The position numbers were made by a program, and so were the translations under genes. This document shows positions 48,041 to 57,478 of a stretch of 64,000 nucleotides of DNA, one piece after another (the first letter of the stretch is position 1; each line of letters opens with the position of its first letter). Below the pieces are notes generated by a model. It was not told the origin of the DNA, made no database searches, and saw only the letters and a list, made by a program, of their open reading frames with translations. Source of the stretch: Mesotaenium endlicherianum (taxonomy: Eukaryota); contig WELA01001485.1 of NCBI GenBank assembly GCA_009602735.1, positions 62,001 through 126,000 on the forward strand. The letters run 5' to 3'.

Positions 48041-50935
48041 ATGAAAAAACTGCTTCTCCCTATTCTCATTCTTATGCTGGGAATGATGACCCAGGCCCAA
48101 TCGTTCTATGAAAAGACACCTGAAGCAGCGCGTTGGGTGAGAAAAAAGTTTCGCAAACTCTCAAAAGACCAGCGGATTGCCCAATTGATGATCATCAGGG
48201 CACATAGTAACCTGGGGCCCGATCATGTAGCGCAGGTGACCGAACTGATCAAAAAATACAATATAGGCGGACTCTGCTTTTTCCAGGGAGGGCCCATCAG
48301 GCAAGCACTCCTCACCAATTATTACCAGTCGATCGCCAAAACACCGTTGATGATAGCGATCGATGGGGAATGGGGACTTGGTATGCGACTCGACAGTGTA
48401 ACCAGTTTCCCGCGCCAGCTTATGATGGGTGCTGTACCTGATGCACAACTCATTTACCGGTTTGGCAATGCGGTAGGCGAACAATGCAAACGCATGGGCA
48501 TACAGGTCAATTATGCACCTGTAGTAGATATCAATAACAATCCCCAGAACCCGGTGATCAACGAGCGCAGTTTTGGTGAAGACAAATACAAAGTGGCGCT
48601 TTACGGCGTACAATACATGAAAGGCATGCAGGACAAGGGCGTGATGGCCTGCGCCAAACATTTCCCGGGTCATGGCGATGTGGCCGTTGACTCACACAAA
48701 GACCTGCCGGTGATCAACAAAACAAAGGCGCAACTCGATGAACTGGAGCTTTATCCGTTCCGTGAGCTCATCAAAGCGGGCGTGGGCAGCATGATGATCG
48801 CGCATCTTTCCATTCCTGCCATCGACACCACACCTAATTTACCCACTTCGCTTTCTGTAAAAAATGTTACCGGCCTGCTGCGCCAGGAACTGGGTTACCA
48901 GGGTATTTCTTTTACCGATGCGCTGGAAATGCAGGGCGTAGCTAAATTCTTTCCCAAAGGAGATGCTTCCGTGCTTTCCCTGATTGCCGGCAATGATATG
49001 CTTTGCCTGCCCGGCGATATTCCCGGCAGCATAGCCAAAGTAAAAGAAGCCATCAAAGCAGGGAAACTGAGTTGGGAAACCATCAATGCAAGGGTGAAAA
49101 AAGTATTGCTGGCGAAATACCACCTGGGATTGAACCATCTTTCTGCTATCGACACCACGCACCTGGTGGATGAGCTCAATCAACAAACCAACCAGCTCAG
49201 GCAAGAGATAGCAACCAATGCGCTTACGCTGCTGCGCAGAAACAATACCACACTCCTGCCCCTTCATGCAACAAAAGTTGCTTATGTGGGTATTGGAATT
49301 GTAAAGCCGAATGTATTTGCGGCAAGGCTGCAACAGGATTATCATGCCAACCTGTTTTTCTTCGATGAAAAGAATAATAACACCGCCGATATACTCCAGC
49401 AACTTTCGGGCTATGATGCAGTGGTGATGGGTTTGCACAATTACGGCCGCGTGCCCGCCAATGATTTCGGATTGAGCGCTGCTGCACGTGATTTCATCAG
49501 TCGCCTGCAACAATCCAACACCATCAGTTTTGTATTCGGTAATCCGTATGCACTCAAATACACAGCCAATGCGCAGAACCTCGTAGCCTGCTACGAGAAC
49601 GACGACATCACACAAAATGCAGCGGCCGATCTGTTGCAAGGGAAGATACAGGCAAAGGGAAAACTGCCCGTTACTGTAGACAGTCAACTTAAGTTTGGAG
49701 ACGGTATTGTATATCACAATTATTTTCCGCAGGTAAGTCCGGCTGCTGTTGGCATGCGCCAGGATGCGCTCGACCGGATAGACCGCATTGCCACCGATGC
49801 CATTGAAAAAGGCGCGGCACCCGGTTGTGTGGTGCTGGTAGCCAAAGATGGTAAACTGGTTTATTACAAAGCATTCGGTTATACCAGTTCCGATAAGCAA
49901 ACCCCCATGCGTACAGAAGATGTATTCGACCTGGCATCGGTAACGAAAGTATCGGCCACTACCGTTTCCATCATGAAGTTGTATGAAGAAGGGAAGATCA
50001 GCCTGGATAAGACATTGGGCGATTATCTTCCCTGGACAAGGGGTACGAATAAAGCAGGACTGAAGCTCAGTGATGTGTTATTGCACCAGGCCGGACTGGT
50101 ACCCTTCATTCCATTTTACAGGGAAGTGATTGATACGGTTACCGGTAAACCATTGCCGCAATATTTCAGTATCATCAAAGATGCACTACACCAATATCGC
50201 GTAGCAGAAAACCTGTTCCTGCGCAACGATTGGGAGGATACCCTGTATCATCGCATCCTGCAAAGCAAGCTCGGCGCACCGGGCACTTATGTGTACAGCG
50301 ACAACGATTTTATATTCCTGGGCAAGATCGTAGAGGCCGTTAGCGGTATGCCCCTGGATCAATATGCACGAACACATTTTTATCTGCCGTTGCAGATGAA
50401 CAGCACCACTTTCAAGCCGAGGGAAAGGATGCCTTTGCAGGTGATTGTGCCCACTGAAGAAGAACATCATTTCCGCATGCAACTGATCCATGGCGATGTA
50501 CACGATGAAGGGGCTGCTATGTTCGGCGGAGTGGCCGGGCATGCCGGGCTGTTCAGCAATGCCTACGACCTGGCGCAGTTGTACCAAATGTTGTTGAATG
50601 GCGGCGAACTCAATGGCACCCGCTTTTTTCAAAAAACAACGGTTGACCGCTTTACTGCTTATAACAGTACGGTAAGCCGGAGGGGACTGGGCTTTGATAA
50701 GCCCGAAAAAGACAATGCTACCCGCAAAGAGCCCTATCCTTCGGCGAGTGTTTCACCGGCTACATTCGGACATACAGGATTTACCGGCACTTGCGTTTGG
50801 GTAGATCCCAGGTATAACCTGGTATATATTTTCCTGTCCAACAGGGTCAACCCCACGCGCAATAACAACAAATTGAGCCAGTTAAATGTGCGTTCAAACA
50901 TCCAGGAAGCCATTTATCAAGCAATGATCCAATAA
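48041..50935 (+). CDS. GH3 beta-N-acetylglucosaminidase fused to a beta-lactamase-fold serine hydrolase
   Basis: IDGEWG, NagZ-type KHFPGHGDVAVDSH, TDALEM. The C-terminal domain has SxxK (ASVTK), YSD, GHAGLF and GHTGFTG. ATG at 48041. Confidence 0.9.
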   Translation: MKKLLLPILILMLGMMTQAQSFYEKTPEAARWVRKKFRKLSKDQRIAQLMIIRAHSNLGPDHVAQVTELIKKYNIGGLCFFQGGPIRQALLTNYYQSIAKTPLMIAIDGEWGLGMRLDSVTSFPRQLMMGAVPDAQLIYRFGNAVGEQCKRMGIQVNYAPVVDINNNPQNPVINERSFGEDKYKVALYGVQYMKGMQDKGVMACAKHFPGHGDVAVDSHKDLPVINKTKAQLDELELYPFRELIKAGVGSMMIAHLSIPAIDTTPNLPTSLSVKNVTGLLRQELGYQGISFTDALEMQGVAKFFPKGDASVLSLIAGNDMLCLPGDIPGSIAKVKEAIKAGKLSWETINARVKKVLLAKYHLGLNHLSAIDTTHLVDELNQQTNQLRQEIATNALTLLRRNNTTLLPLHATKVAYVGIGIVKPNVFAARLQQDYHANLFFFDEKNNNTADILQQLSGYDAVVMGLHNYGRVPANDFGLSAAARDFISRLQQSNTISFVFGNPYALKYTANAQNLVACYENDDITQNAAADLLQGKIQAKGKLPVTVDSQLKFGDGIVYHNYFPQVSPAAVGMRQDALDRIDRIATDAIEKGAAPGCVVLVAKDGKLVYYKAFGYTSSDKQTPMRTEDVFDLASVTKVSATTVSIMKLYEEGKISLDKTLGDYLPWTRGTNKAGLKLSDVLLHQAGLVPFIPFYREVIDTVTGKPLPQYFSIIKDALHQYRVAENLFLRNDWEDTLYHRILQSKLGAPGTYVYSDNDFIFLGKIVEAVSGMPLDQYARTHFYLPLQMNSTTFKPRERMPLQVIVPTEEEHHFRMQLIHGDVHDEGAAMFGGVAGHAGLFSNAYDLAQLYQMLLNGGELNGTRFFQKTTVDRFTAYNSTVSRRGLGFDKPEKDNATRKEPYPSASVSPATFGHTGFTGTCVWVDPRYNLVYIFLSNRVNPTRNNNKLSQLNVRSNIQEAIYQAMIQ

Positions 50936-50986
50936 GCAATAACAAATAGTAACTTCGTATATATCAACCCTTAATCTCTATCCTAT

Positions 50987-52717
50987 ATGAAGTTACTTGT
51001 CCGCTACGCCGTAGCCGCCGTATTATTGGTGGCCGTTCTTTCGTCTTGTAAGAACCGTACACCCCAGCAAGCCAAACTAATTCCCAAAACTGCAGCTGTT
51101 GTTTTGGTACTGGATGCCAAAGCTATGCAGGATAAACTGCAGAAAGGAGGCTTGAGCGTCGATTCATTATTCGAGAATTTCTTTCGTCGCGATAAAGACG
51201 ATTCGGCTCACAAAGCCAAGATCAATGATTTGCGCAACAATGCCGGCATCAACTGGAACAGCCAGTTGTATTTTTTTGTCAGTAACAAACCAGGTAAGAG
51301 CGCCCAGGAATCCATCAATGTATTCAATGTAATGGGTAGTCTTAATGATCCTTCCAAATTCGAAGCATTCCTGAAAAAACAGAATGACCTGAAAAACAAA
51401 GAGATCAAAAAAGAGAATGGCTATTCTTACCTGCTGGCAGATGATGGCGTTGTGCTATCGTGGAACGACCGGTACCTAATGGCCACCATTTATAACCAAA
51501 ATGCCAGACCCGTTTACGATTCGGTTTCAGGCAGCTTTAAAAAACCAGAAACAGGTAACATCGCTGAGAATGCAAAAGCAGAAGTCAATAGTTATTATAC
51601 ATTGAAAGAAGAAGAATCCTTGGCCAGCGTGCCTTTGTTTACCGATCTTTTCAAAGAAAAGGCAGACGGTTATGCTTTCACCAGCTCCAACAGCTACCTG
51701 GGTATGCTCAGTATGATGCCCTTTCAGTTGCCCAAGCTGGAAGACTTTGTAAAAGACAACTATTCCGTCTCCACCCTCAATTTTGAAGACGGAAAAATAC
51801 TGGCGAAAACAACCAGTTACCCCAATGAATTACTCACCGCTTTGTGTAAACAGTTTCCCAGTCCGGCGGTTAACCTTTCACTGATCGATCATTTTCCTTC
51901 ACAGCACATCAATGGCTTCCTTCTTTTTGCTTTCAACCCGGATATTATCGGAGGGTTGCTGAAGCAGATGGAAGTGGAAGGAATGGCAAATAACCTTTTG
52001 CAGAAATCGGGGATCTCCACGGAAGATTTTTATAAAGCCATGAAAGGCGATGTGGCCATTGTGCTTTCAGACATTGGCCTGAAGCAACCCGAGCCGCAAA
52101 ATAAAACCGACGAACTGAGTATGGTACGCAGCAAGCCTACTTACAAAATGATCGTCAATATTCCTGTAGGTAATCAAGCCAACTTTTTCAAGCTCATGGA
52201 TCAGGCTGCGCAATCGGGCGTGGTTACCAAACAGGGCAATATATACAAAGGAGGCGGTCTCCTGTCTGCCTTTGGTTTATATATTCAGGGCGATGCAAAG
52301 AACCTGATCCTTGCCAGCGATTCGTTGACCTATGTACAATACATGGCAGGCGCCAGTAGAGCAGCCATCGATCCGGAGGTAACCAACAGGTTTAAAGACA
52401 AAACAAGTTGTTTTTATTTTGATATAGCACGAACCATTGGCGATTTATCTACCAACGATTCATCTTCTAATTACCGCCAGTCGATGAACACGGCGAAAGC
52501 AACTTTCAAAGACGTTGTTGTAACTGCTGGTCCTTTCAATGGCAAATCGTCCAACGCTGTTTTTGAGGTTCGCCTGCAGAACGAAAAGCAGAACAGCTTA
52601 GTTACGCTTACGAGCCTGCTCACCGATGTAGCAGTAGATATGCGGGCACAAGCTAAAAAGGAAAGAGCGCTGGAGGTTTTTCCCGGAGGTGTACCTGCCA
52701 TTATTCATACCAATTAA
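50987..52717 (+). CDS. DUF4836-like lipoprotein
   Basis: Lipobox LSSC, LIPKTAAVV, GINWNSQLYFF, C-terminal QNSL. Lies upstream of the ABC genes. Confidence 0.7.
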   Translation: MKLLVRYAVAAVLLVAVLSSCKNRTPQQAKLIPKTAAVVLVLDAKAMQDKLQKGGLSVDSLFENFFRRDKDDSAHKAKINDLRNNAGINWNSQLYFFVSNKPGKSAQESINVFNVMGSLNDPSKFEAFLKKQNDLKNKEIKKENGYSYLLADDGVVLSWNDRYLMATIYNQNARPVYDSVSGSFKKPETGNIAENAKAEVNSYYTLKEEESLASVPLFTDLFKEKADGYAFTSSNSYLGMLSMMPFQLPKLEDFVKDNYSVSTLNFEDGKILAKTTSYPNELLTALCKQFPSPAVNLSLIDHFPSQHINGFLLFAFNPDIIGGLLKQMEVEGMANNLLQKSGISTEDFYKAMKGDVAIVLSDIGLKQPEPQNKTDELSMVRSKPTYKMIVNIPVGNQANFFKLMDQAAQSGVVTKQGNIYKGGGLLSAFGLYIQGDAKNLILASDSLTYVQYMAGASRAAIDPEVTNRFKDKTSCFYFDIARTIGDLSTNDSSSNYRQSMNTAKATFKDVVVTAGPFNGKSSNAVFEVRLQNEKQNSLVTLTSLLTDVAVDMRAQAKKERALEVFPGGVPAIIHTN

Positions 52718-52747
52718 TCCCCGCTTTCTAATATCCAAATCGTAGCT

Positions 52748-53395
52748 ATGGACATTGTGATGCAACAGGTGCTTCCGCTTCCGTTGAAAGATAAATTGCT
52801 CAAAAAGCCTTCCGATGTCTGGAATACCAGTCGTGTTTTCGGTCAGGGAAAATGGATCAAAATAAAAGCGCCAAGCGGTACAGGCAAAACCACATTGGTG
52901 CACATGCTGTACAGGCTTCGCCATGATTATGAGGGGCGCATATCCTGGGGCGATCATTTGCTTACTTCCATTACGGCAGCCGGGCTGGCATCATTGCGCC
53001 AACAGAAGATCAGCATTGTTTTCCAGGACCTGCGGCTGTTTCCTCATCTTACTGCACGCGAAAACATAGAACTCAAACGGGTATTGCAAACGCCCTATTA
53101 CAATACTGAAATGATTGATGAGATGGCAGAAGAATTGGGCATCACGCATATCCTGCACCAACGTGCCGGCCTGTGCAGTTATGGCGAGCAACAACGGGTA
53201 GCTATCATCCGGTCATTGATGCAGCCTTTTGAATGGCTGATCATGGATGAACCGTTCAGTCACCTCGATAGAGCCAACACCGCCAAAGCGGTTGCATTGA
53301 TCGCGAGGGAATGCAGTAAAAGAAAAGCGGGAATGGTCATCACGGATCTCGACGAAGACCAGCATTTCGCTTATACAGATGAACTCACTTTATAA
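52748..53395 (+). CDS. ABC transporter ATP-binding protein
   Basis: Walker A APSGTGKT, Q-loop FQDLRLF, signature SYGEQQR, Walker B IMDEPFSHLD. Confidence 0.9.
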   Translation: MDIVMQQVLPLPLKDKLLKKPSDVWNTSRVFGQGKWIKIKAPSGTGKTTLVHMLYRLRHDYEGRISWGDHLLTSITAAGLASLRQQKISIVFQDLRLFPHLTARENIELKRVLQTPYYNTEMIDEMAEELGITHILHQRAGLCSYGEQQRVAIIRSLMQPFEWLIMDEPFSHLDRANTAKAVALIARECSKRKAGMVITDLDEDQHFAYTDELTL

Positions 53396-54607
53396 ATGAC
53401 AGGGCATCACATGGACCAGTTGAACCATCTTTTAACCAAACTCATTCGATCTGGTGCAGGCCGTTCCCGTTTTGTGATGGCCATCCTGGGTTTGTCTATC
53501 GCCATGGTATTGATACTGGCTGCTGTGCAGATACAGGTGAACTATAACGAGTTGTTGCATGGCAAGCGTAACCAGGACAGTGTGGCTAATTTCCTGGTGG
53601 TGAACAAACTGCTCACCGATCGAAATATTGGCGCTACTGCACTTACCGGCAATGAGATCAATGACCTGAAGCGGCAGCCCTTCGTGCAATCAATAGGGTT
53701 ATTAACGCCCAGTCGTTTCAAAGCATCTATTCAAAGCAATAGCGATCGATTTCCTTTCTTTACTGAAATCGCTTTTGAAAGCGTACCCAATGAATTCATT
53801 GATGTTACGAATAAAGATTGGCGATGGGATGAAGGATCGAATTTTGTTCCGGTGATTGTGCCCAATATGTTCCTTGATTTTTACAATTTCCAATTTTCAT
53901 TTTCTCAGAACCTGCCACAATTGACACGTGAAGTAGTGAAAATGATTGTTTTCAGGATCAATGTTTATGGGCCCAACGGCATCACCACTTTTAACGGAAG
54001 GGTGGTAGGGTTCAGCGACCGGGTCTCTTCTTTGTTGGTACCACAGGAATTCATGGACTGGGCAAACCAACGGATGGCCGGCGCGGGGGAAGCTAAACCG
54101 TCGAGGGTTATTATCCGAACGGCCGATCCTGGTAATCCGGCACTGGTGCAATATCTCAGGGGACGCGGACTGAGTACTGATGCCGACAAAACACGTTTCA
54201 GCCGTTACCGGCAGGTAGTGGATGTAGTAGTTAATATTTCAGGGGTAACCGGGCTCGTGATGCTGTTATTCGCATTACTCATATTTACGCTCTTTATACA
54301 GCTGACCATCGCTTCCTGCAGTCGGGAAATCATGTTGTTGATCACCCTGGGAGCAGCACCCAGGCAATTAGAACAGTTCCTGATGGGCCGGTTCTTCCCC
54401 CAAAATATAGGGATAGTCGTAGCGGCTCTTAGTTTGATAACTGTTTTTCAGCACATTACATATTTGTATTTGAAAAAAATGCATATATTCATCAGTCCGT
54501 GGATTTCGGTGTACACAGCGACAATAGCTCTTATTTTATTGATAATCATTTGGTTAGTGAATCGGAGCAGCATCCGGAAACATATCAGGAAAACAGGTCT
54601 TGAATAA
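53396..54607 (+). CDS. ABC transporter permease (FtsX/MacB-like topology)
   Basis: One TM, a large periplasmic loop, then three TMs, with EIMLLITLG. Start may be 53411. Confidence 0.8.
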   Translation: MTGHHMDQLNHLLTKLIRSGAGRSRFVMAILGLSIAMVLILAAVQIQVNYNELLHGKRNQDSVANFLVVNKLLTDRNIGATALTGNEINDLKRQPFVQSIGLLTPSRFKASIQSNSDRFPFFTEIAFESVPNEFIDVTNKDWRWDEGSNFVPVIVPNMFLDFYNFQFSFSQNLPQLTREVVKMIVFRINVYGPNGITTFNGRVVGFSDRVSSLLVPQEFMDWANQRMAGAGEAKPSRVIIRTADPGNPALVQYLRGRGLSTDADKTRFSRYRQVVDVVVNISGVTGLVMLLFALLIFTLFIQLTIASCSREIMLLITLGAAPRQLEQFLMGRFFPQNIGIVVAALSLITVFQHITYLYLKKMHIFISPWISVYTATIALILLIIIWLVNRSSIRKHIRKTGLE

Positions 54608-54652
54608 ATGCGGGGTGGGTTTTCCACAGTTTGGGGATAATTTTGCGGAAAA

Positions 54653-54697
54653 CACGGTTAAAAAAACCGTGAAAACACCGGCAAAATTCGGTGTTTT
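54653..54697. promoter_or_regulatory. Two adjacent palindromes upstream of the signalling cassette
   Basis: CACGGTT-N5-AACCGTG (54653-54671) and AAAACACCG-N8-CGGTGTTTT (54672-54697). Confidence 0.4.
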
Positions 54698-54887
54698 TAA
54701 ATTAAAAGGCTGACTATTTCTTCCGAGTTTTGTAGCACCCGTAAATACATCTTGTTGGTTTTAAGTGTCATTGGGCCGTATTTCCGTAAAACTTATTATT
54801 CGCTTAATCCAATACCTATATTTAACCGAATAGGTTTTATATACTTTTAATCATCCTTGACATAACCGAAACCTAAAACTTTTTTAG

Positions 54888-55370
54888 ATGAAAAAGATTA
54901 ACTTAACGAGCGGCTTTTTAATGCTCGCCGTGGTTGCTACACTCTTTGTAGCTTGCCAGAAAGAGCAAAACGGCACTTCTACACAGAACGGGACTGCTGC
55001 TTCAAAGGCAAATGAATCTGCTATCGGCGTAGCCGTCAACGGTTCAGATGTAGTAGGTTTCATCAGCGGAGATGCTGCGAAACAAATGCATGATGCCTAT
55101 GTACAGGCATACCCTAACAGTACTCAGTACGTTGTTTTCAAGATCAAGGACCTGCAAGGCTTCCTTCAGGTATTGAAAAGCAAGTACCAATCCGACAATG
55201 TGTATGTAAATTTTGGAGTTTACAATGCACAAACAGCTACCAGCCCTTCCAACGTTGGAAAAACAACCGTTTATTTTTCTGGTGATGATAATAGGGCCAG
55301 TAACGGTAACGTACAAAGCGATGCTACTGCTCCAGACGCTTTTTTAAATCACGGTAGTATTTGGCCATAA
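54888..55370 (+). CDS. Small lipoprotein, candidate signal/ligand precursor
   Basis: Lipobox LFVAC (Cys23), Ser/Thr/Asn-rich linker, compact domain, C-terminal FLNHGSIWP. First gene of the TCS operon. Confidence 0.8.
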   Translation: MKKINLTSGFLMLAVVATLFVACQKEQNGTSTQNGTAASKANESAIGVAVNGSDVVGFISGDAAKQMHDAYVQAYPNSTQYVVFKIKDLQGFLQVLKSKYQSDNVYVNFGVYNAQTATSPSNVGKTTVYFSGDDNRASNGNVQSDATAPDAFLNHGSIWP

Positions 55371-55409
55371 GCTGTCTTAAAACAAGGTTGTAGAGGGGGT
55401 CATCGTTAT

Positions 55410-56075
55410 ATGTTTCAGGCTACATTACACATTTACATACAGGCTATTAGTCTGCTCATAGCGATATTCCTTTACAGGAGAATTAAATCAACGAGTTTAG
55501 TATATTTTATCCCTTTTCTATCCATCACTGTCCTGGTTGAAATCATCGGATATTGGTGTATAGTAAAAGGGATAAAAAATTATTGGATATACAACATCTT
55601 TACAACCCTTGAGTTCTGCTTTTATTCCTATATCTTTTATCAAAATCTTCGGAAAAAGCTATTCAAACAAATAGTTGCCTGGTTTGTGCCACTTTACACG
55701 ATTGCAGTAGCAGCTAACCTGATCTTCCTGCAAGGCACTCAGAGTTTTCATACTTATACATTCCTGCTTGGGTCTTTTTTTATCGTTGTATTTTGCTGTT
55801 TCTTCTTTTTTGAAACCATTCAGCCGGAAACCATCAGTTTAAAGCTTTCACAACAACCTTTCTTTTGGGTATGCACTGGGCTTTTGGTTTACTACCTTGG
55901 TTCGGTTATTATTAATGCATTGTTTGAGTATCTTCGGTCTAATGATCTGCAACAGGAGGGCAAGAAAATTTATGGCACCATTAACCGGAGTTTAATCCTA
56001 ATTTTGTACACTTCATTCAGTGTCTCATTTTTTCTATGCCGAAACAACAGGAAGACATACTCATCACCATCGTAA
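55410..56075 (+). CDS. Stand-alone ~7-TM membrane protein (candidate receptor for the downstream kinase)
   Basis: Hydrophobic along nearly its whole length, with WIYNIF and PFFWVCTGLLVYY. Overlaps the kinase gene by 40 bp. Confidence 0.8.
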   Translation: MFQATLHIYIQAISLLIAIFLYRRIKSTSLVYFIPFLSITVLVEIIGYWCIVKGIKNYWIYNIFTTLEFCFYSYIFYQNLRKKLFKQIVAWFVPLYTIAVAANLIFLQGTQSFHTYTFLLGSFFIVVFCCFFFFETIQPETISLKLSQQPFFWVCTGLLVYYLGSVIINALFEYLRSNDLQQEGKKIYGTINRSLILILYTSFSVSFFLCRNNRKTYSSPS

Positions 56076-56827
56076 TTGCTTCCGTATTCCTGGTATTGAT
56101 CGGTTTTTTCCTTTTACTCATTGTGTTCATCTTCTTGCGTCGCCAGCGAAAATTCCAGCAGGAGCGGGATGAAATGAAAAACCGTTTTGATCAGACCATT
56201 CTGAAAACCCAATTGGAAATACAGGAGCAGACTTTCAGCCATATCAGTCAGGAGATACACGATAACATTGGTCAGGTATTGAGCCTGGTAAGATTGAATC
56301 TCAGTACCTTCATGGAAGAGGTTTCTGAAGAGAAATTCGAACATACCGACCAGCTACTGGGAAAAGCCATCAAAGACCTCCGCGATCTGAGTCATAACCT
56401 GCAGTCCAACAGGATCAACGATATCGGAATTCTGGAGTCTATTCGCCAATTAATGGCTACCTTGCAGAAGACGGGTCGCTATACTACCAGCCTGGAAATT
56501 GCCGATAGCTTTGCAGGAGTAAACAAAGACACAGACCTGATCCTGTTTAGGATGATACAGGAAATCATCAACAACATCATCAAGCACGCTTCTGCTTCGG
56601 CTATTGATATCAAGATTGAAAGCGATCCCAGCAATATAAAGATAGTGGTCACAGACAATGGAACGGGATTTGACACGGAAAAGTTGAAAAAAACGGGGCA
56701 TGGTATTGGTTTACAGAATATTTTTAACAGAGCAAAGATGATTCACGCAACCGTTGACATCCAAAGTAACCCGGGTCACGGCACTGCCATTACCTTACAG
56801 ATTAAACCCAATAGGCCTTTATTATGA
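56036..56827 (+). CDS. Sensor histidine kinase (HisKA_3/NarX type, single TM, no sensor domain)
   Basis: H-box SQEIHDNIGQ, N-box QEIINNIIKHA, DNGTGFD, GIGLQNI, GHGT. Confidence 0.93.
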   Translation: MPKQQEDILITIVIASVFLVLIGFFLLLIVFIFLRRQRKFQQERDEMKNRFDQTILKTQLEIQEQTFSHISQEIHDNIGQVLSLVRLNLSTFMEEVSEEKFEHTDQLLGKAIKDLRDLSHNLQSNRINDIGILESIRQLMATLQKTGRYTTSLEIADSFAGVNKDTDLILFRMIQEIINNIIKHASASAIDIKIESDPSNIKIVVTDNGTGFDTEKLKKTGHGIGLQNIFNRAKMIHATVDIQSNPGHGTAITLQIKPNRPLL

Positions 56828-57471
56828 CGCTTGTTGCATTAGTAGACGATCACGAATTACTCCGATCAGGGCTTGCAGCCATCATCAATTCATTTGATGG
56901 CTATAAGGTGGTGATGCAAGCAGGCAATGGTAAAGAATTCATTGACCAGTTGAACTATGAAGCCCCGCCCGATATTGTACTGCTCGATATCACCATGCCT
57001 GTCATGGATGGCTTTGAAACCGCTGAATGGATCAAGAAAAGCCTCTCTTCCACACGCGTACTTGTATTGAGCATGCTTGAAAACGATATCGCCATTATTC
57101 GTATGATGAAAAATGGCGCGAGGGGTTACTTGCTAAAAGACAGTAAGCCCAAAATATTCAAACAGGCTCTTGATAATATCCGGGACACCGGCTATTTCAT
57201 CAATGAACTGATCAGTGATAAACTGATGAACTATATCAGCAATGGCAATTCATTTGCCGTTAATGCACCCTTTGGCTCTCTCTCAGACAATGAAGTACAT
57301 TTTCTGCGACTCATCTGTTCAGATAAAACCTATAAAGAAATCGCCGAAGAGATGTGTGTAAGCCCCAGAACGATTGACAGCTATCGCGACAACCTGTTCA
57401 AAAAATTAGACATCAAGACAAGGGTGGGCCTGGCTATTTTTGCCATGAAGCACAACCTGGTTGAAATGTGA
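56824..57471 (+). CDS. NarL/LuxR family response regulator
   Basis: VDDH, LLDITMPVMDG, GYLLK, C-terminal HTH TYKEIAEEMCVSPRTIDSYRDNLFKKL. Confidence 0.95.
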   Translation: MTLVALVDDHELLRSGLAAIINSFDGYKVVMQAGNGKEFIDQLNYEAPPDIVLLDITMPVMDGFETAEWIKKSLSSTRVLVLSMLENDIAIIRMMKNGARGYLLKDSKPKIFKQALDNIRDTGYFINELISDKLMNYISNGNSFAVNAPFGSLSDNEVHFLRLICSDKTYKEIAEEMCVSPRTIDSYRDNLFKKLDIKTRVGLAIFAMKHNLVEM

Positions 57472-57478
57472 TCATCCG

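Noticed and set aside
56020..56075. Programmed -1 frameshift fusing the 7-TM protein to the kinase
   Set aside because: The T-run is not a canonical in-frame X XXY YYZ site, and the kinase has its own ATG and TM helix. Translational coupling is the simpler explanation.
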